The notes: a model not told the origin generated them from the sequence alone. A stretch of DNA of 64,000 nucleotides from an uncultured Pelagibacteraceae bacterium (GCA_902582845.1 CACHTQ010000001.1:61059-125058); one strand, 5' to 3'; positions 22,399 to 35,805 are shown, numbered from the stretch's first letter. Translations and numbers: made by a program.

Positions 22399-22953
22399 TC
22401 AATTATCTCCTTTTTTTATAAATGGAAAATTCATTTTATTTAATAGGGCAAAACTGTGATCTTTGTTTAAAGATGATATAACAATTATAACATCTAAACC
22501 TCTGACTTTGTCAGCTCTATCAAAACTTACTTCTGGGAATATTATATGTTCTTTAATTCCAAATGTATAATTACCAAATTTATCAAATCCTTTTGGTGAC
22601 AATCCTCTAAAATCTTTAACTCTTGGTAAAGCTATATTTATAAGTCTATCAATAAATTCATACATTTTATTTTTTCTTAAAGTTACTTTTAATCCAGCGT
22701 TAGAACCTTTTCTTGTTTTAAAATTAGCAACAGACTTTTTGAATTTTGTTATAACTGGCTTTTGACCAGTAATCTTACCTAAATCTTCTTCACAAGATTT
22801 AAGAATTTTAGAGTCATTTCCATCCAAACCTAATCCCATATTCAAAACAACTTTTTCAATTTTGGGACCCATATTTAGATTTTTAAAACCAAATTCAGTT
22901 TTTAGTGAAGGTTGTATTTCTTTAAAAAAAAGTTCTTTTAATCTTGGTGTCAT
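22399..22953 (-). CDS. rplE: 50S ribosomal protein L5
   Basis: [29 protein letters not shown]. Confidence 0.98.
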   Translation of the reverse strand: MTPRLKELFFKEIQPSLKTEFGFKNLNMGPKIEKVVLNMGLGLDGNDSKILKSCEEDLGKITGQKPVITKFKKSVANFKTRKGSNAGLKVTLRKNKMYEFIDRLINIALPRVKDFRGLSPKGFDKFGNYTFGIKEHIIFPEVSFDRADKVRGLDVIIVISSLNKDHSFALLNKMNFPFIKKGDN

Positions 22954-23201
22954 TATTTTTTAGCTTCTATTTTTTTTGTTTTTTTTTGTTCATTTACTAA
23001 TTTTAAATTTGACATATGAATAAAGTTTTCTTTTGAAAATATTCCACCTTTTTTTTCTTTTGTAGTTTTTACGTGTTTTTTTATCATATTGAGATCTTTA
23101 ACCTTAGCTCTATTATTTGACCTATCTATTTCAATAACTTCACCTTCTTTAGCTTTATCCTTGCCAGTTAATATTTTTACTTTTAAACCTTTCTTAATCA
23201 T
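22953..23201 (-). CDS. rplX: 50S ribosomal protein L24 (short)
   Basis: KOW motif [19 protein letters not shown]; between rplN and rplE. Confidence 0.95.
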   Translation of the reverse strand: MIKKGLKVKILTGKDKAKEGEVIEIDRSNNRAKVKDLNMIKKHVKTTKEKKGGIFSKENFIHMSNLKLVNEQKKTKKIEAKK

Positions 23202-23569
23202 TATATTACCTCTGGAGCCAATGAAATTATCTTCATTTGCCCTCTTGTTCGTAATTCTCTTGTCACAGGTCCAAAAATTCTTGTTCCAACTGGTTCTCCT
23301 TTATCATCAACTAATACTGCTGCATTATTATCAAATCTAACTTTTGAACCATCATCTCTGTGGATACCTTTTTTTACTCTTACTACTACTGCTTTATGCA
23401 CTGACCCTTTCTTTACTTTACCCTTGGGAATTGCTTCTTTAACTGCAATTACTATAGTATCACCAATACTAGCATATCTTCGTTTAGAGCCGCCTAGAAC
23501 TTTAATACATTCTATTTTTTTTGCTCCTGTATTGTCAGCAACTAATAGCTCAGTTTGAACTTGTATCAT
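23201..23569 (-). CDS. rplN: 50S ribosomal protein L14
   Basis: [22 protein letters not shown]. Confidence 0.99.
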   Translation of the reverse strand: MIQVQTELLVADNTGAKKIECIKVLGGSKRRYASIGDTIVIAVKEAIPKGKVKKGSVHKAVVVRVKKGIHRDDGSKVRFDNNAAVLVDDKGEPVGTRIFGPVTRELRTRGQMKIISLAPEVI

Positions 23570-23805
23570 GACTTCAAATTCTCCATCACTTGAAATTTTT
23601 TATTTTTCGAAAAAGGTTTACTTTCGATAATAGAAACTTTATCACCTGTTTTAAATCTATTGTTTTCATCATGTGCGTTATATTTTTTTCTTACTTTAAC
23701 AATTTTTTTAAGTATTGGGTGTGAATATTTTCTCTCAATTAATACAGTGATTGTTTTATTGGGTTTGTCACTCACAACAACACCAGTTAATATTTTTTTA
23801 GGCAT
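23566..23805 (-). CDS. rpsQ: 30S ribosomal protein S17
   Basis: [27 protein letters not shown]. Confidence 0.97.
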   Translation of the reverse strand: MPKKILTGVVVSDKPNKTITVLIERKYSHPILKKIVKVRKKYNAHDENNRFKTGDKVSIIESKPFSKNKKFQVMENLKS

Positions 23806-23989
23806 TAATTTTCCCCTTTAAAATAGTTTTTAATCTTGCAATTGTCTTTTTAGTTTCATTAATTTTAGAAGGATTAGTTACCTGCGAATTAATTTTTTGA
23901 AACCTAAAATTAAATAAATCTTTTTTAAATTTATCTATGTTTTTCAAAATTTCATCTTTTGATAATTTTTTTATTTCTTGTTTTTTCAT
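23798..23989 (-). CDS. rpmC: 50S ribosomal protein L29
   Basis: ATG at 23989 ([10 protein letters not shown]), LFNFRFQ, IARLKT. Confidence 0.95.
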   Translation of the reverse strand: MKKQEIKKLSKDEILKNIDKFKKDLFNFRFQKINSQVTNPSKINETKKTIARLKTILKGKINA

Positions 23990-23990
23990 A

Positions 23991-24401
23991 TTATAGAAAT
24001 CTCTTAATGGTTTTTGTTTTAATTGGAAGCTTTGCAGAGGCCTTGTATAAAGCTTCTTTGGCAATTTGTTCAGACACACCATCAACTTCAAATAAAATTC
24101 GTCCAGGTTTTACTCGACACGCATAATATTCAGGTGATCCTTTTCCTTTACCCATACGAACCTCGATTGGTTTTTTTGAAACTGGTATATTTGGAAATAT
24201 TCTCGTCCAAACTCTGCCTTGCCTTTTCATATGTCTTGTTAAAGCTACTCTAGCAGCCTCAATTTGTTTTCCGGTTACTCTATCAGGAGATAATGCTTTT
24301 AATGCATAAGCACCATAATTGATGAAGTTCGCTCTAGAAGCTGTTCCGTGTATTCTTCCTTTATGAGCTTTTCGCCATTTTGTTCTTACTGGTTGTAACA
24401 T
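23991..24401 (-). CDS. rplP: 50S ribosomal protein L16
   Basis: MLQP, QIEAAR, RMGKGKG. Confidence 0.98.
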   Translation of the reverse strand: MLQPVRTKWRKAHKGRIHGTASRANFINYGAYALKALSPDRVTGKQIEAARVALTRHMKRQGRVWTRIFPNIPVSKKPIEVRMGKGKGSPEYYACRVKPGRILFEVDGVSEQIAKEALYKASAKLPIKTKTIKRFL

Positions 24402-25082
24402 TTATTCTTTATCCTCTTTTAAAATTACTTTGTTTGTTTCTTGACTAAATTCTTTTGCAAATACTTCACCTTTGTAAATCCAAACTTTAATACCAATTAT
24501 ACCATATGTGGTTAATGCTTCAGCTTCAGCATAATCTATATCTGCTCTAAGAGTATGGGATGGAATGCTACCATCTCTTAACCACTCGGTTCTTGCTATT
24601 TCATTACCTCCTAGTCTACCACTTACTGATACCTTTATTCCTTTAGCTCCAAGTCTCAGACAAGATTGCATCGCTCTTTTCATCGCACGCCTATAAGAAA
24701 TTCTTTTTACTAACTGTTGAGCAATATTTTCAGCTACTAGATATGCATTTGTTTCAGGCTTTTTTACTTCCTTTATGTTTAATGTAACCTCATTTTTGGT
24801 AAATTTAGAAAGATTATTTTTAATTTTATCAATATCACTTCCTTTTTTACCTATAACAAAGCCTGGTCTAGATGTGTAAATTGTAACATAACATTTGTTA
24901 GAAGTTCTTTCTATCATGACCTTTGAAACTCCTGAATTAATAACATTCTTTTTTATATATTCTCTTATCTTAAAATCTTCGATAAGGTAATTTCCAAAAT
25001 CTTTCTTTTTAGCATACCAGACAGAGTCCCAACCTCTGTTGACACCTAATCTAAAACCTACTGGATTAACTTTTTGACCCAT
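24402..25082 (-). CDS. rpsC: 30S ribosomal protein S3
   Basis: [31 protein letters not shown]. Confidence 0.99.
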   Translation of the reverse strand: MGQKVNPVGFRLGVNRGWDSVWYAKKKDFGNYLIEDFKIREYIKKNVINSGVSKVMIERTSNKCYVTIYTSRPGFVIGKKGSDIDKIKNNLSKFTKNEVTLNIKEVKKPETNAYLVAENIAQQLVKRISYRRAMKRAMQSCLRLGAKGIKVSVSGRLGGNEIARTEWLRDGSIPSHTLRADIDYAEAEALTTYGIIGIKVWIYKGEVFAKEFSQETNKVILKEDKE

Positions 25083-25464
25083 GACTCTCCATTTTTTGTG
25101 CTTCAGTTAGTATAATTGTAACGCTTGAATAAGGTTTTAATATTGGTGCAGCTCTTCCTTTAGCTCTTGGTCTAAATCGTTTCATCATAATTTTTTTTCC
25201 ACAATAAGCCTCTTTAACAATCAGTTTATCAATGTCATATTGGAAATTATTTTCTGCATTTGCTACTGCAGAATTAAGAGTTTTTTTAATATCTTTTGTA
25301 ATTCTTTTCTCTGAAAACTCTAAATCTCTAATTGCTACATCAACTTTTTTACCAACAATTCCCTTTAAAATAGGATTGAGCTTCCTCACACTAGATCTAA
25401 TGTTGTTATTAATTGATCTAACTGTTTTATCTTTATTTATTTCTTTTTTATTTTTTTTACTCAT
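25066..25464 (-). CDS. rplV: 50S ribosomal protein L22
   Basis: [17 protein letters not shown]. Confidence 0.97.
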   Translation of the reverse strand: MSKKNKKEINKDKTVRSINNNIRSSVRKLNPILKGIVGKKVDVAIRDLEFSEKRITKDIKKTLNSAVANAENNFQYDIDKLIVKEAYCGKKIMMKRFRPRAKGRAAPILKPYSSVTIILTEAQKMESHGSKS

Positions 25465-25466
25465 AA

Positions 25467-25766
25467 TTATTTTTTTACCTCTGCTTCAGCAGGTTTTGCT
25501 TTTTTGTCTGCTGGTGTATGACCAAAGAAAGTTCGAGTTGGTGCAAATTCTCCTAACTTATGACCAACCATATCTTCAGATACAGTTATAGGAATAAACT
25601 TTTTTCCGTTATAGATTAAAAAACTCACACCAACAAAATCTGGCAAAATTGTTGATTTTCTTGACCATGTTTTAATTGGAATTTTTTTTGGGTCAGTTTT
25701 ATATTTATCAACTTTCCTCATTAGGCTTTCTTCAACAAAAGGTCCTTTCCAAACTGCTCTAGCCAT
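25467..25766 (-). CDS. rpsS: 30S ribosomal protein S19
   Basis: [25 protein letters not shown]. Confidence 0.98.
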   Translation of the reverse strand: MARAVWKGPFVEESLMRKVDKYKTDPKKIPIKTWSRKSTILPDFVGVSFLIYNGKKFIPITVSEDMVGHKLGEFAPTRTFFGHTPADKKAKPAEAEVKK

Positions 25767-26605
25767 TATTTTGTATCCTTCCTTTTGTTTCTTCTTTTTA
25801 TTATAAATTTATCTGTACGTTTATTATCTCTTGTCTTTAATCCTTTAGCTGATTGACCTTTTGGAGATACTGGATGTCTTCCACCTGCGCTTTTTCCTTC
25901 ACCACCTCCATGTGGGTGATCAACAGGGTTTTTAACAACACCTCTTGTATGAGGTCTTCTACCAAGCCATCTTGATCTTCCTGCTTTCCCAATTTTAACA
26001 TTTTTTTGATCAGGATTACTCAATACTCCTATAGTGGCTAGTGATCTTGAATCTATCTTTCTAACCTCTCCAGAGGCAAGTTTAATTAGACTGTAATTTC
26101 CATCTAATCCGCTTATAGTTACTGAAGTTCCAGCTGATCTGGCAATTTTACCACCTCCACCTGGTTGAATTTCAACATTATGAATATTTATACCAACAGG
26201 GATATCCTGTAACGGCATACAATTACCAACTTTGATCTCTTTTTTTGATCCATTTTCAACTGTATCACCTACTTTTATTTTTTGAGGAGCCAAATAATAT
26301 GCATGAGAATTATCTTCAAATTTTACTAACATTATGTAACAAGATCTGTTTGGGTCATATTCAATTCTCTCTACAGTGGCAGGGGTATCAAATTTTTTTC
26401 TGTAAAAATCAATATGTCTATACATTTTTTTATGTCCACCCGCTCTATTAATAGATGTAATATGTCCGTTATTATTTCTTCCCTTCATTGCATTTTTCGG
26501 AGAAACTAAAGACTTAAAAGGTTTACCTTTCCAAAGACCAGTTCTGTCTACTAGAATGGTTCCCCGGGTTGATTTTGTGTAAGGTTTAAAAGTTTTTAGT
26601 GCCAT
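25766..26605 (-). CDS. rplB: 50S ribosomal protein L2
   Basis: [25 protein letters not shown]. Confidence 0.99.
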   Translation of the reverse strand: MALKTFKPYTKSTRGTILVDRTGLWKGKPFKSLVSPKNAMKGRNNNGHITSINRAGGHKKMYRHIDFYRKKFDTPATVERIEYDPNRSCYIMLVKFEDNSHAYYLAPQKIKVGDTVENGSKKEIKVGNCMPLQDIPVGINIHNVEIQPGGGGKIARSAGTSVTISGLDGNYSLIKLASGEVRKIDSRSLATIGVLSNPDQKNVKIGKAGRSRWLGRRPHTRGVVKNPVDHPHGGGEGKSAGGRHPVSPKGQSAKGLKTRDNKRTDKFIIKRRNKRKDTK

Positions 26606-26606
26606 A

Positions 26607-26900
26607 TTAAATTCCAGTTGTTAGATCAATAGTTTGACCTTTTTTAAGTGTGATAATTGCTTTTTTGAAACCAGAGATCTTGACTTTTCTGCCTCTAGTT
26701 AACTTAGTTCTGTTTTGTTTATTTATAATATTTATCTTTGTAACATTTACCTTAAAAATTTTTTCAATATTAGTTTTTATATTTTTTTTGTTTGCGTTTT
26801 TATGTACTTTAAAAATAATCTTGTTTTGTTCTGATAAATTAGTTGATTTTTCAGTTAATAGAGGAGACAAAATTTTATCGTATAAATGAATTTTTTCCAT
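26607..26900 (-). CDS. rplW: 50S ribosomal protein L23
   Basis: PLLTEKS, FKVNVTKINI, KKAIITL. Confidence 0.96.
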   Translation of the reverse strand: MEKIHLYDKILSPLLTEKSTNLSEQNKIIFKVHKNANKKNIKTNIEKIFKVNVTKINIINKQNRTKLTRGRKVKISGFKKAIITLKKGQTIDLTTGI

Positions 26901-26901
26901 T

Positions 26902-27525
26902 TTAAGCGTACCTTTTCTCTAATTCTTTCACTGAACTTTCTGTAAAAACAATCTTTTCAAATTTAACAATATCGAAAGCACTAAAATGGTTAATATCAGT
27001 CACTTTTGTATTCGGTATATTTCTTATTGATCTCTCAATTTTATCTTTTGAAGATTTATCTAAAATTAATAAAGAATTCAAAATTTCAAACTTTTTAAGT
27101 ATAGAACTCATTTCTTTTGTTTTTTTTATTTCATTTTTAAAATCACCCAAAATAATCAAATCTTTATTCTGAGTTTTTTCAGTTATTAATGATGCAATAC
27201 TTTTCTTTTTTTCAGTTTTATTTAATTTTCTAACTTTATAAGAAAGTTGGCCTTTAGGACCATGAGCTATACCACCACCAACAAATATTGGGGCCTTTCT
27301 ACTAGCATGTCTTGCATTACCAGTACCTTTTTGAGCATAAATTTTAGATGTAGGACCTCTAACTTCATTTTGTTGTTTTGTCTTAGCATGTCGTCCTTTA
27401 TAATTAGCGTTCGTCTTGTACAAAACACTGCTAACTAATTTATTATTTATTTTTGCAGAAAAAATTTTATCTAAAACCTCAATAGAGGTTTTTTTTCCAT
27501 CTAAATTTAATTTATCAATTTTCAT
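26902..27525 (-). CDS. rplD: 50S ribosomal protein L4
   Basis: QKGTGNARH, GGGIAHGPK. Confidence 0.97.
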   Translation of the reverse strand: MKIDKLNLDGKKTSIEVLDKIFSAKINNKLVSSVLYKTNANYKGRHAKTKQQNEVRGPTSKIYAQKGTGNARHASRKAPIFVGGGIAHGPKGQLSYKVRKLNKTEKKKSIASLITEKTQNKDLIILGDFKNEIKKTKEMSSILKKFEILNSLLILDKSSKDKIERSIRNIPNTKVTDINHFSAFDIVKFEKIVFTESSVKELEKRYA

Positions 27526-28235
27526 TACTTTTTCTTTTTGTCTGGTATTTTCTTAGCTTGTTCGGCAGCATTTATTTTTTCACTAATTGTTAGTTTTTTA
27601 ATATTCTTAACAGATCCTTGGACAAGTACTTCTGAATTTTTAGAACCTGGGATAGAACCTTTTAAATAAAGTAGTTCATTTTCTATATCGGTCTTTATAA
27701 TTTCAATATTTTGCATAGTTCTTAATTTATCTCCCATATGTCCAGCCATTTTCTTTCCTTTAAAAACTTTTCCTGGATCTTGTCTTTGACCAGTTGAACC
27801 ATGTGATCTGTGCGATATCGAAACACCATGTGTGGCTCTTAATCCACCAAAATTATGTCTTTTCATTGCTCCTGCAAAACCCTTACCAATAGTCTTTGAT
27901 TTAGTGTCTACAAATTTAATATCTTTAAATATTTCGAGACCAAACTCATTTCCTTCTTTATAGTTTTCTAAGTTTTCAATCCTGAATTCTTTTAATTTTT
28001 TTTTGGCCTCTGTATTTTTTTTAGCAAAATATCCTTTCATTGCTTTTGTTAATTTAGAACTTTTAATTTTTCCAAAACCTAGCTGAACAGCTTTGTAACC
28101 TCTTTTTTCATTATCTATTACTTGTATAACCCTAGCTTTCTCTACTTTGAGAACAGTCACAGGAACTAACTGACCAGTTTTATAAAACTCCCTAGTCATT
28201 CCAATTTTTTTTCCAATTAATGCTATTTCTCTCAT
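27525..28235 (-). CDS. rplC: 50S ribosomal protein L3
   Basis: GKKIGMT, GKGFAGAMKRH, PGKVFKGKKMAGHMG. Confidence 0.98.
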   Translation of the reverse strand: MREIALIGKKIGMTREFYKTGQLVPVTVLKVEKARVIQVIDNEKRGYKAVQLGFGKIKSSKLTKAMKGYFAKKNTEAKKKLKEFRIENLENYKEGNEFGLEIFKDIKFVDTKSKTIGKGFAGAMKRHNFGGLRATHGVSISHRSHGSTGQRQDPGKVFKGKKMAGHMGDKLRTMQNIEIIKTDIENELLYLKGSIPGSKNSEVLVQGSVKNIKKLTISEKINAAEQAKKIPDKKKK

Positions 28236-28237
28236 GG

Positions 28238-28546
28238 TTAAATCTTAATCTCCACATCTACTCCAGAAGCAAGGTCTAATTTCATTAAAGCTTCAACAGT
28301 TTGGGGTGTAGGTTCTATTATATCAATTAATCTTTTATGTGTTCTAGACTCGAATTGTTCTCTACTTTTCTTGTCTATATGAGGTGATCTTAAAACTGTA
28401 TATCTTTCTATTTTGGTAGGAAGAGGTATAGGACCTTTAATCGTAGCCCCAGTTCTTTTAACTGTGTTAACTATTTCCTCTGTGGATGCATCTAGAACTT
28501 TGTTATCGTAAGCTCGCAATTTTATTCTTATATTTTGTTTTTCCAT
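28238..28546 (-). CDS. rpsJ: 30S ribosomal protein S10
   Basis: [29 protein letters not shown]; ATG at 28546. Confidence 0.99.
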   Translation of the reverse strand: MEKQNIRIKLRAYDNKVLDASTEEIVNTVKRTGATIKGPIPLPTKIERYTVLRSPHIDKKSREQFESRTHKRLIDIIEPTPQTVEALMKLDLASGVDVEIKI

Positions 28547-28547
28547 T

Positions 28548-30626
28548 TTAGCCTGCAATCTTTTTAGTTACTTCATCCTGAACGTTTTGAGGAACTTTTG
28601 AGTAATGATCAAAAAACATAGAATATTGAGCTCTACCTTGTGACATAGACCTTAAACTGTTTATATAACCAAACATATTTGCTAATGGTACCATTGCAGT
28701 TATCACTGTTGCATTACCTCTTTGCTCCTGTGTACTAATTTGACCTCTTCTACTATTCAAATCACCAATTACATCACCCATATAATCTTCCGGGGTTACC
28801 ACTTCAACTCTCATAACTGGCTCTAAAAGTTTTAACCCACCCTTAGTACATGCCTCTTTAAAACATGCTCTACTGGCTAACTCAAAAGCTAAAACACTAG
28901 AGTCTACGTCATGATGTAATCCATCAAGTATTGTTACTTTATAGTCAATCATTGGAAATCCTGCTAAAATTCCACCATCCGAAACAGTCTCAATACCTTT
29001 TTCAACACCTGGTATAAACTCTTTAGGAATAGCACCACCTTTAATTTTACTTTCGACTTCTCTTCCTTTGCCTGCTTCTTGTGGCTCAACTAATAATTTA
29101 ACTTTAGCAAATTGTCCTGCTCCACCACTTTGTTTTTTATGCGTATACTCAACCTCTGAGGGGCTCTCTATTGTTTCTCTGTAGGCTACTTGAGGTGCTC
29201 CAACGTTTGCTTCAACCTTAAATTCTCTTTTCATTCTATCAACAATGATATCTAAATGTAATTCACCCATACCTTTGATGATTGTTTGACCTGACTCCTC
29301 GTCTGAGGTAACTCTAAATGAAGGATCTTCTTTTGCCAATCTTCCTAATGCTTCACCCATTTTTTCTTGATCAGCTTTTGTTTTTGGCTCAACAGCAATT
29401 TCGATTACAGGATCTGGAAATTCCATAGGTTCTAATAAAACGCTATTTTCTTTATCACACAGAGTATGACCAGTGATTGTATTCTTTAAGCCTGCCAATG
29501 CTACTATATCCCCTGCATTAGCCTCTTTAATGTCCTCCCTAGAATTTGCGTGCATCAAAAGCATTCTACCTACTCTTTCCTCTTTTTCTTTTGAGGAGTT
29601 AAATACTGCTGTGCCTGTTTTAATGGTTCCAGAGTAAATTCTGATAAAAGTTAGTGACCCAACAAAAGGATCATTTGCAACTTTGAAAGCTAAAGCAGAA
29701 AATGGCGCATTATCCTCAAATTTCATCTCTAATTCTTCCTCGGTTCCAAGCTTAGTTCCCTTAATTGAGCCTATATCTACGGGACTAGGAAGATAATTTA
29801 CAACAGCATCTAAAAGTGGTTGAACTCCCTTGTTTTTAAAAGCTGAACCAGTCATTACTGGTACAAAACTAAAATTTAATGTGCCTTTTCTTATACATTT
29901 TACAAGATCTTCCTCTTTAATTTCTTCACCATTCAGGTATGATTCCATCAATTTTTCATCTTGCTCAACTGCCGCTTCGACTAATTCAGTTCTATATTTT
30001 TGAGATATTTCTTTTAGATCTTCTGGTATTTCTTTATATTCCCACTCTGCCCCTAAAGCCTCATTTTTCCATACTTGTGCTTTCATTTTAACTAAATCAA
30101 CAACACCTGTTAGTGATGCCTCGATACCTATCGGAACCTGTATAACTAGAGGTTTAGCACCTAATCTATCTTTAATCATATCTACACATCTAAAAAAATC
30201 AGCACCTGTTCTATCTAATTTATTTACAAAACAAATTCTTGGAACTTTATATTTATCAGCCTGTCTCCATACGGTTTCTGACTGTGGCTCAACACCCGCA
30301 ACACCATCAAAAACTGCTACAGCACCGTCAAGAACTTTTAATGATCTCTCTACTTCAATTGTAAAATCCACATGGCCAGGAGTATCAATAATATTTATTC
30401 TGTGATCTTGCCAAAAACACGTAGTAGCGGCAGACGTAATTGTGATTCCTCTCTCTTGCTCTTGTTCCATCCAGTCCATCGTTGCTGCACCGTCATGAAC
30501 TTCTCCAATTTTGTGACTTTTACCTGTGTAATATAAGATTCTTTCCGTAGTGGTTGTTTTTCCAGCATCTATATGAGCCATTATCCCAATGTTTCTATAT
30601 TTATCTAATGTATGAGTTCTAGCCAT
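28548..30626 (-). CDS. fusA: Elongation factor G
   Basis: [25 protein letters not shown]. Confidence 0.99.
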   Translation of the reverse strand: MARTHTLDKYRNIGIMAHIDAGKTTTTERILYYTGKSHKIGEVHDGAATMDWMEQEQERGITITSAATTCFWQDHRINIIDTPGHVDFTIEVERSLKVLDGAVAVFDGVAGVEPQSETVWRQADKYKVPRICFVNKLDRTGADFFRCVDMIKDRLGAKPLVIQVPIGIEASLTGVVDLVKMKAQVWKNEALGAEWEYKEIPEDLKEISQKYRTELVEAAVEQDEKLMESYLNGEEIKEEDLVKCIRKGTLNFSFVPVMTGSAFKNKGVQPLLDAVVNYLPSPVDIGSIKGTKLGTEEELEMKFEDNAPFSALAFKVANDPFVGSLTFIRIYSGTIKTGTAVFNSSKEKEERVGRMLLMHANSREDIKEANAGDIVALAGLKNTITGHTLCDKENSVLLEPMEFPDPVIEIAVEPKTKADQEKMGEALGRLAKEDPSFRVTSDEESGQTIIKGMGELHLDIIVDRMKREFKVEANVGAPQVAYRETIESPSEVEYTHKKQSGGAGQFAKVKLLVEPQEAGKGREVESKIKGGAIPKEFIPGVEKGIETVSDGGILAGFPMIDYKVTILDGLHHDVDSSVLAFELASRACFKEACTKGGLKLLEPVMRVEVVTPEDYMGDVIGDLNSRRGQISTQEQRGNATVITAMVPLANMFGYINSLRSMSQGRAQYSMFFDHYSKVPQNVQDEVTKKIAG

Positions 30627-30632
30627 AATGTT

Positions 30633-31103
30633 CTACCATCTGAAATGTGCAAAAGCTTTATTTGACTCTGCCATTTTATGCACATCTTCCTTTTTTTTCA
30701 CCGCCGCGCCCTTTCTCTCATAAGCATCATAAAGTTCATTAAAAATTTTATCTGACATATGCTTGTCTTTTCTTTTTCTTGCTGACTCTACTAACCACCT
30801 GATTGCTAGAGCTTGAGCTCTTTTACTTTTAACTTCTACAGGAACCTGATAAGTTGCCCCACCTACTCTCCTTGATCTTACTTCAACTGTTGGTTTAATG
30901 TTATTTATTGCTTCATTAAAAATATTAATTGGCTCATCTTTTGATTTAGTTTTAATTTTTTCAATAGCATCGTAAACTATCTTAGCAGCAATACCTCTTT
31001 TTCCATCATACATTATATTATTTATAAGTTTTGGAATTATTGTTGAATTAAATTTGGGATCAGGAATAATATTTTTTTTCGGTTGAGATTTTTTTCTAGA
31101 CAT
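30633..31103 (-). CDS. rpsG: 30S ribosomal protein S7
   Basis: RRVGGATYQVP, MAESNKAFAHFRW. Confidence 0.99.
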   Translation of the reverse strand: MSRKKSQPKKNIIPDPKFNSTIIPKLINNIMYDGKRGIAAKIVYDAIEKIKTKSKDEPINIFNEAINNIKPTVEVRSRRVGGATYQVPVEVKSKRAQALAIRWLVESARKRKDKHMSDKIFNELYDAYERKGAAVKKKEDVHKMAESNKAFAHFRW

Positions 31104-31108
31104 TTTTT

Positions 31109-31480
31109 TTACTTACCTTTTTTTGTTCCGTATAAAGATCTTCTTTTTTTTCTATTTGCTACACCTTGAGTATCTAAATTTCCTCTAAGTATATGATATC
31201 TAACGCCTGGAAGATCTTTAACTCTTCCACCTCTAATTAAAACAACAGAGTGTTCTTGAAGATTATGACCTTCACCTGGTATGTAAGCAGTAACCTCAAA
31301 ACCATTAGACAATCTAACTCTAGCAACCTTTCTGAGAGCGGAGTTTGGCTTTTTAGGTGTTGTTGTATACACCTTTACGCAAACGCCTCTTTTTAAAGGT
31401 TGTTTTTGCAAAGCAGGAACTTTGTTCCTCTTTGATTGTTTAACTCTTTTTTTTCTCAACAATTGATTAATTGTAGGCAT
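31109..31480 (-). CDS. rpsL: 30S ribosomal protein S12
   Basis: [20 protein letters not shown]. Confidence 0.99.
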   Translation of the reverse strand: MPTINQLLRKKRVKQSKRNKVPALQKQPLKRGVCVKVYTTTPKKPNSALRKVARVRLSNGFEVTAYIPGEGHNLQEHSVVLIRGGRVKDLPGVRYHILRGNLDTQGVANRKKRRSLYGTKKGK

Positions 31481-31578
31481 AAATTCTATATTATTAAATT
31501 TTTGATGAAATAACTGACAGGTTAATCATGGCAGCGTTTAGCACATTAAATAAGTACTACATTCCAACCAAAAACTAC
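31481..31578 (-). ncRNA. Putative structured rpsL 5' leader (cis-regulatory RNA)
   Basis: ~100 nt leader, long for this window; possible pairings GGTT/AACC and GTAGT/GCTGC; an rpsL leader RNA is described for Pelagibacter/Rickettsiales (recalled, not aligned). Confidence 0.4.
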
Positions 31579-31581
31579 GAC

Positions 31582-31609
31582 AAAATACTTATTAATCTCA
31601 CTTTGTCAA
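31582..31609 (-). promoter_or_regulatory. Putative sigma70 promoter for str operon
   Basis: Minus strand TTGACA-N16-TATTTT between rpoC and rpsL. Confidence 0.5.
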
Positions 31610-31639
31610 ATTAAAACCTTTAATTAAAACGTGTATTTT

Positions 31640-34600
31640 TTATTGATTTGCTTGACTTTCTGAAGCCTCAATCTTTTCTTGGTCTGACAAGAATTTGTTG
31701 TCATCTTCTAGGGCTTTTTTATTCCATTTATTCTTAATATTACCTGTGCCAGCTGGGACTAATCTACCGACAATTACATTTTCTTTTAGTCCACTTAATG
31801 GATCAATTTTTCCTTTTATAGCAGCATCAGTTAAAACTCTAGTTGTCTCTTGGAATGAAGCTGCAGATATAAATGACTCAGTTTGTAGTGAAGCTTTAGT
31901 AATTCCCATTAATACTCGCTCACCCACCGCTGGTGTCTTATTTTCTGCTTTAAGTTTCTCATTCATATTATCGAATTTTATTTTATCTACTATCTCTCCA
32001 GGTAAATATGTAGAGTCACCTGAGGATTTTACCTCTATTTTCTTAAGCATTTGTCTTAATATAGTTTCAATATGTTTATCATTGATAATAACACCTTGAA
32101 GCCTATAAACTTCTTGGACCTGGTTAACAAAATATTCAGTTAAATCTTTGATACCCATTATTCTTAAAATATCATGAGGCAAAGGCTGACCATCTAATAA
32201 ATATTCACCTTTTTTAATTTTTTCACCTTGATTAAAATTTATATGTTTTCCTTTTGGTATTAAGTAATTGGAAGGTTCACTGCCATCCTCTGGTACTATA
32301 GAAACTCTTTGTTTGCCTCTTACTTCTTTACCAAAAATAACCTGACCATCGTTTTCAGCTATTATCGCGCTATCTTTTGCTTTTCTAGCCTCAAATAATT
32401 CAGCAACCCTCGGAAGACCACCTGTAATATCTTTTGTTTTAGTTGTTTCTTTAGGAAGTCTTGCAATAACATCACCAGCAGAAACTTTTTGACCATCTTT
32501 AACTGACAAAATTGAGTCAGGAACTAAATAATATCTTGCTTCATTATCGTCTGCTTTTTTAATGACATTTCCTTTTTCATCTCTAAGTGTAATTCGTGGT
32601 TTCAAATCTGTAGTTTTTGATTGAGATCTCCAGTCAACAACAGATTTAGAAGATATACCAGTTGCATCGTCTGTAGTTTCTTGAATGGAAACTCCATCAA
32701 TTAAATCAACGTAACTAGCTATACCACTTTTTTCTGCAATTACTGGTGTTGTGTAAGGATCCCATTCACAAATTTTTGTATTTGCTTTTATTTTATCACC
32801 ATTTTTAAAAAATAATTTTGAACCATAAGCTACTTTATAAACGGCAACTTGAACACCATTGTCGTCCTCGATTGATAACTGTGTATTTCTTCCCATAACA
32901 ATTAGATTTTTTTTAGAGTCCTCTAAAATATTTGAATTAATAATTTTTAAAACACCATCATTTTTCGTTACTATTTGTGAGTCTTGTTTTACTGAGGCTG
33001 TTCCACCAACGTGGAAGGTTCTCATTGTTAGCTGGGTGCCAGGTTCTCCGATTGATTGAGCGGAAATCATACCAATTGCTTCTCCAACATGAACCATTTT
33101 ACCTCTAGACAAATCTCTTCCATAACAAGTAGCACATACTCCTTCTTTTGAGCTACAAGTCATCACTGAATAAACTTTAAGTGATTTTATTCCAGCAGAG
33201 TCAATTTTATCACAACCAGCCTCATCTATCATAGTCGATTTTTTTAAAATAATTTCACCTGTTAAAGGATGTTTGACATCTGAAGCTGTAACTCTACCTA
33301 AAGATCTCTCGGATAAACTGACAACAACATTTCCACCCTCTAAAATTTCAGAAAGTTCTATAAATCCTGGTTTGTCACAATTCTTTTTGGTAATTGTTAA
33401 ATCTTGCGCTACATCACATAATCTTCTAGTTAAGTATCCTGAACTTGCTGTTTTTAATGCTGTATCAGCTAAACCTTTTCTAGCTCCATGGGTAGAGTTA
33501 AAATATTCTAAAGCAGTTAATCCCTCTTTAAAATTTGAAGTTATTGGACTTTCAATAATTTCACCAGATGGTTTTGCAATAAGACCTCTCATGCCAGCTA
33601 ATTGTTTCATTTGAGCAGCTGAACCTCTAGCACCACTGTCAGCCATCATAAATACTGAGTTAATCTTTAAACCTTCTGCAGTTTTTTCAGTTGCAGAAAT
33701 ACCTTTCATCATTTCACCAGCCACACGATCAGTACATTTTGACCAAGCATCAACAACTTTATTATATTTTTCACCTCTAGTGATTAGTCCCTCAGCATAT
33801 TGAGTTTCATAATCTGAAATCAATTTTTTGGTATCATTTATTAATTGGGTTTTACTTTCTGGTATAACTAAGTCATCTTTACCAAAAGAAATTCCAGCTT
33901 TAAAAGCGTGTTTAAAGCCTAAATCCTTTAATTTATCACAGAAAATAACTGTTGTTTTTTGACCACAAAATCTAAAAACAATATCGATCACCTCAGAAAC
34001 AACTTTTTTTGGAAGCAATCTATCTACCAATGAAAATTTAATATCTTTGTTTTTTGGTAATAAGTTAGCTAATAGAAATCTACCAGCTGTTGATGTATAT
34101 TTTTCAAATTTTTTATTTCCTTTTTCATCAATAGTTTCAAATCTTGAGATAATTGTGCTATGAACTTTTAGTTGTCCTGAAGACAAAGCGAATTCTATTT
34201 GATCAGCATCTAAAAAATATCCTTGGGGTTTGTCTGTTAAAGGCTCTTGAGATAAATAATAAATACCTAATATCATGTCCTGACTTGGAACAATTATCGG
34301 TTTACCATTAGAAGGTGACAAAATATTATTAGTTGATAACATCAATATTCTTGCCTCTAGTTGAGCTTCTAAACTTAAAGGAACGTGCACTGCCATTTGA
34401 TCCCCATCAAAATCAGCATTGAATGCTGCGCATGTTAATGGGTGTAATTCAATAGCATCTCCCTCTATCAATTTTGGTTCAAAAGCTTGAACACCTAATC
34501 TATGAAGTGTTGGAGCTCTATTCAATAAAACTGGGTGTTCTCTTACAATTAATTCTAAAGCATCCCAAACTGCATTTGTTTCTTTTTCAACAAGTTTTTT

Positions 34601-35803
34601 TGCTTGTTTAATAGTTGATGCTAAACCAAGTTTATTAAGCCTTGCATATAAAAATGGTTTGAACAATTCTAAGGCCATTTTTTTTGGTAAACCGCATTCA
34701 TGTAATTTTAAGTCAGGCCCGACGACAATTACAGATCTTCCTGAATAATCTACACGTTTTCCTAATAAATTTTGTCTAAATCTTCCTTGTTTACCTTTCA
34801 ACATTTCTGCTAAAGATTTTAAAGGTCTCTTACCTGTTCCAGTTATAACTCTTCCTCTTCGCCCATTATCAAATAAAGCATCAACCGACTCCTGTAACAT
34901 TCTTTTTTCATTCCTTACGATTATGTCTGGAGCTTTTAAATCCATTAATCTTTTTAACCTATTATTTCTATTAATTACTCTTCTATAAAGATCATTTAAA
35001 TCAGAAGTAGCAAAACGACCTCCATCTAATGGCACTAGGGGTCTTAATTCAGGTGGAATTACTGGAACAACTGTCATGATCATCCATTCAGGTTTTTGAC
35101 CCGTCTCAATAAATGACTCAATCAATTTTAATCTTTTTATTGCTCTTTCCTCATTAACTTTTGATTTTGTTTCTTTAATATAGCTAACTAAATTTTTTCT
35201 CTCTAAGTCTAAATCAAGGTTTTTTAACATTTCTAAGACTGCCTCTGCTCCTATTCCAGCTGTAAAAGCCTCTTCTCCAAATTCATCTTGATATTTCGCC
35301 AATTCCTCTTCATTCAATAATTGATTCTTTTTTAATCCGGTTAGACCAGGCTCAATTACAATAAAGTTTTCAAAATATAGTACTCTCTCAATTTCTTTTA
35401 ATTTCATATCAACTGCCAAAGCAATTCTACTAGGCAATGATTTTAAAAACCAAATATGTGCTACCGGTGTTGCAAGATTAATATGACCCATTCTTTCTCT
35501 TCGAACATTAGATTTTGTTACTTCTACTCCACATTTCTCACAAATGATGCCTCTGAACTTCATTCTTTTATATTTGCCACATAAACATTCGTAATCTTTA
35601 ATGGGTCCAAATATTCTCGCACAAAATAATCCATCTTTTTCTGGTCTAAAAGTCCTGTAATTAATTGTTTCAGGTTTTTTAATTTCTCCATAAGTCCAAG
35701 ACTTAATTTTTTCAGGGCTTGCTAAAGAAATCTTTATACTGTTAAAATTTTGAGCTTCTGAAATTTCTGAATTCTTAAACAGGTCTGTAAGTTCTTTACT
35801 CAT
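31640..35803 (-). CDS. rpoC: RNA polymerase beta' subunit
   Basis: [22 protein letters not shown]-like QLTMRTFH. Confidence 0.99.
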   Translation of the reverse strand: MSKELTDLFKNSEISEAQNFNSIKISLASPEKIKSWTYGEIKKPETINYRTFRPEKDGLFCARIFGPIKDYECLCGKYKRMKFRGIICEKCGVEVTKSNVRRERMGHINLATPVAHIWFLKSLPSRIALAVDMKLKEIERVLYFENFIVIEPGLTGLKKNQLLNEEELAKYQDEFGEEAFTAGIGAEAVLEMLKNLDLDLERKNLVSYIKETKSKVNEERAIKRLKLIESFIETGQKPEWMIMTVVPVIPPELRPLVPLDGGRFATSDLNDLYRRVINRNNRLKRLMDLKAPDIIVRNEKRMLQESVDALFDNGRRGRVITGTGKRPLKSLAEMLKGKQGRFRQNLLGKRVDYSGRSVIVVGPDLKLHECGLPKKMALELFKPFLYARLNKLGLASTIKQAKKLVEKETNAVWDALELIVREHPVLLNRAPTLHRLGVQAFEPKLIEGDAIELHPLTCAAFNADFDGDQMAVHVPLSLEAQLEARILMLSTNNILSPSNGKPIIVPSQDMILGIYYLSQEPLTDKPQGYFLDADQIEFALSSGQLKVHSTIISRFETIDEKGNKKFEKYTSTAGRFLLANLLPKNKDIKFSLVDRLLPKKVVSEVIDIVFRFCGQKTTVIFCDKLKDLGFKHAFKAGISFGKDDLVIPESKTQLINDTKKLISDYETQYAEGLITRGEKYNKVVDAWSKCTDRVAGEMMKGISATEKTAEGLKINSVFMMADSGARGSAAQMKQLAGMRGLIAKPSGEIIESPITSNFKEGLTALEYFNSTHGARKGLADTALKTASSGYLTRRLCDVAQDLTITKKNCDKPGFIELSEILEGGNVVVSLSERSLGRVTASDVKHPLTGEIILKKSTMIDEAGCDKIDSAGIKSLKVYSVMTCSSKEGVCATCYGRDLSRGKMVHVGEAIGMISAQSIGEPGTQLTMRTFHVGGTASVKQDSQIVTKNDGVLKIINSNILEDSKKNLIVMGRNTQLSIEDDNGVQVAVYKVAYGSKLFFKNGDKIKANTKICEWDPYTTPVIAEKSGIASYVDLIDGVSIQETTDDATGISSKSVVDWRSQSKTTDLKPRITLRDEKGNVIKKADDNEARYYLVPDSILSVKDGQKVSAGDVIARLPKETTKTKDITGGLPRVAELFEARKAKDSAIIAENDGQVIFGKEVRGKQRVSIVPEDGSEPSNYLIPKGKHINFNQGEKIKKGEYLLDGQPLPHDILRIMGIKDLTEYFVNQVQEVYRLQGVIINDKHIETILRQMLKKIEVKSSGDSTYLPGEIVDKIKFDNMNEKLKAENKTPAVGERVLMGITKASLQTESFISAASFQETTRVLTDAAIKGKIDPLSGLKENVIVGRLVPAGTGNIKNKWNKKALEDDNKFLSDQEKIEASESQANQ

Positions 35804-35805
35804 AA

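Noticed and set aside
23990-24091. N-terminal extension of L29 in the ORF track
   Set aside because: It overlaps rplP; ATG at 23989 gives a normal-length L29
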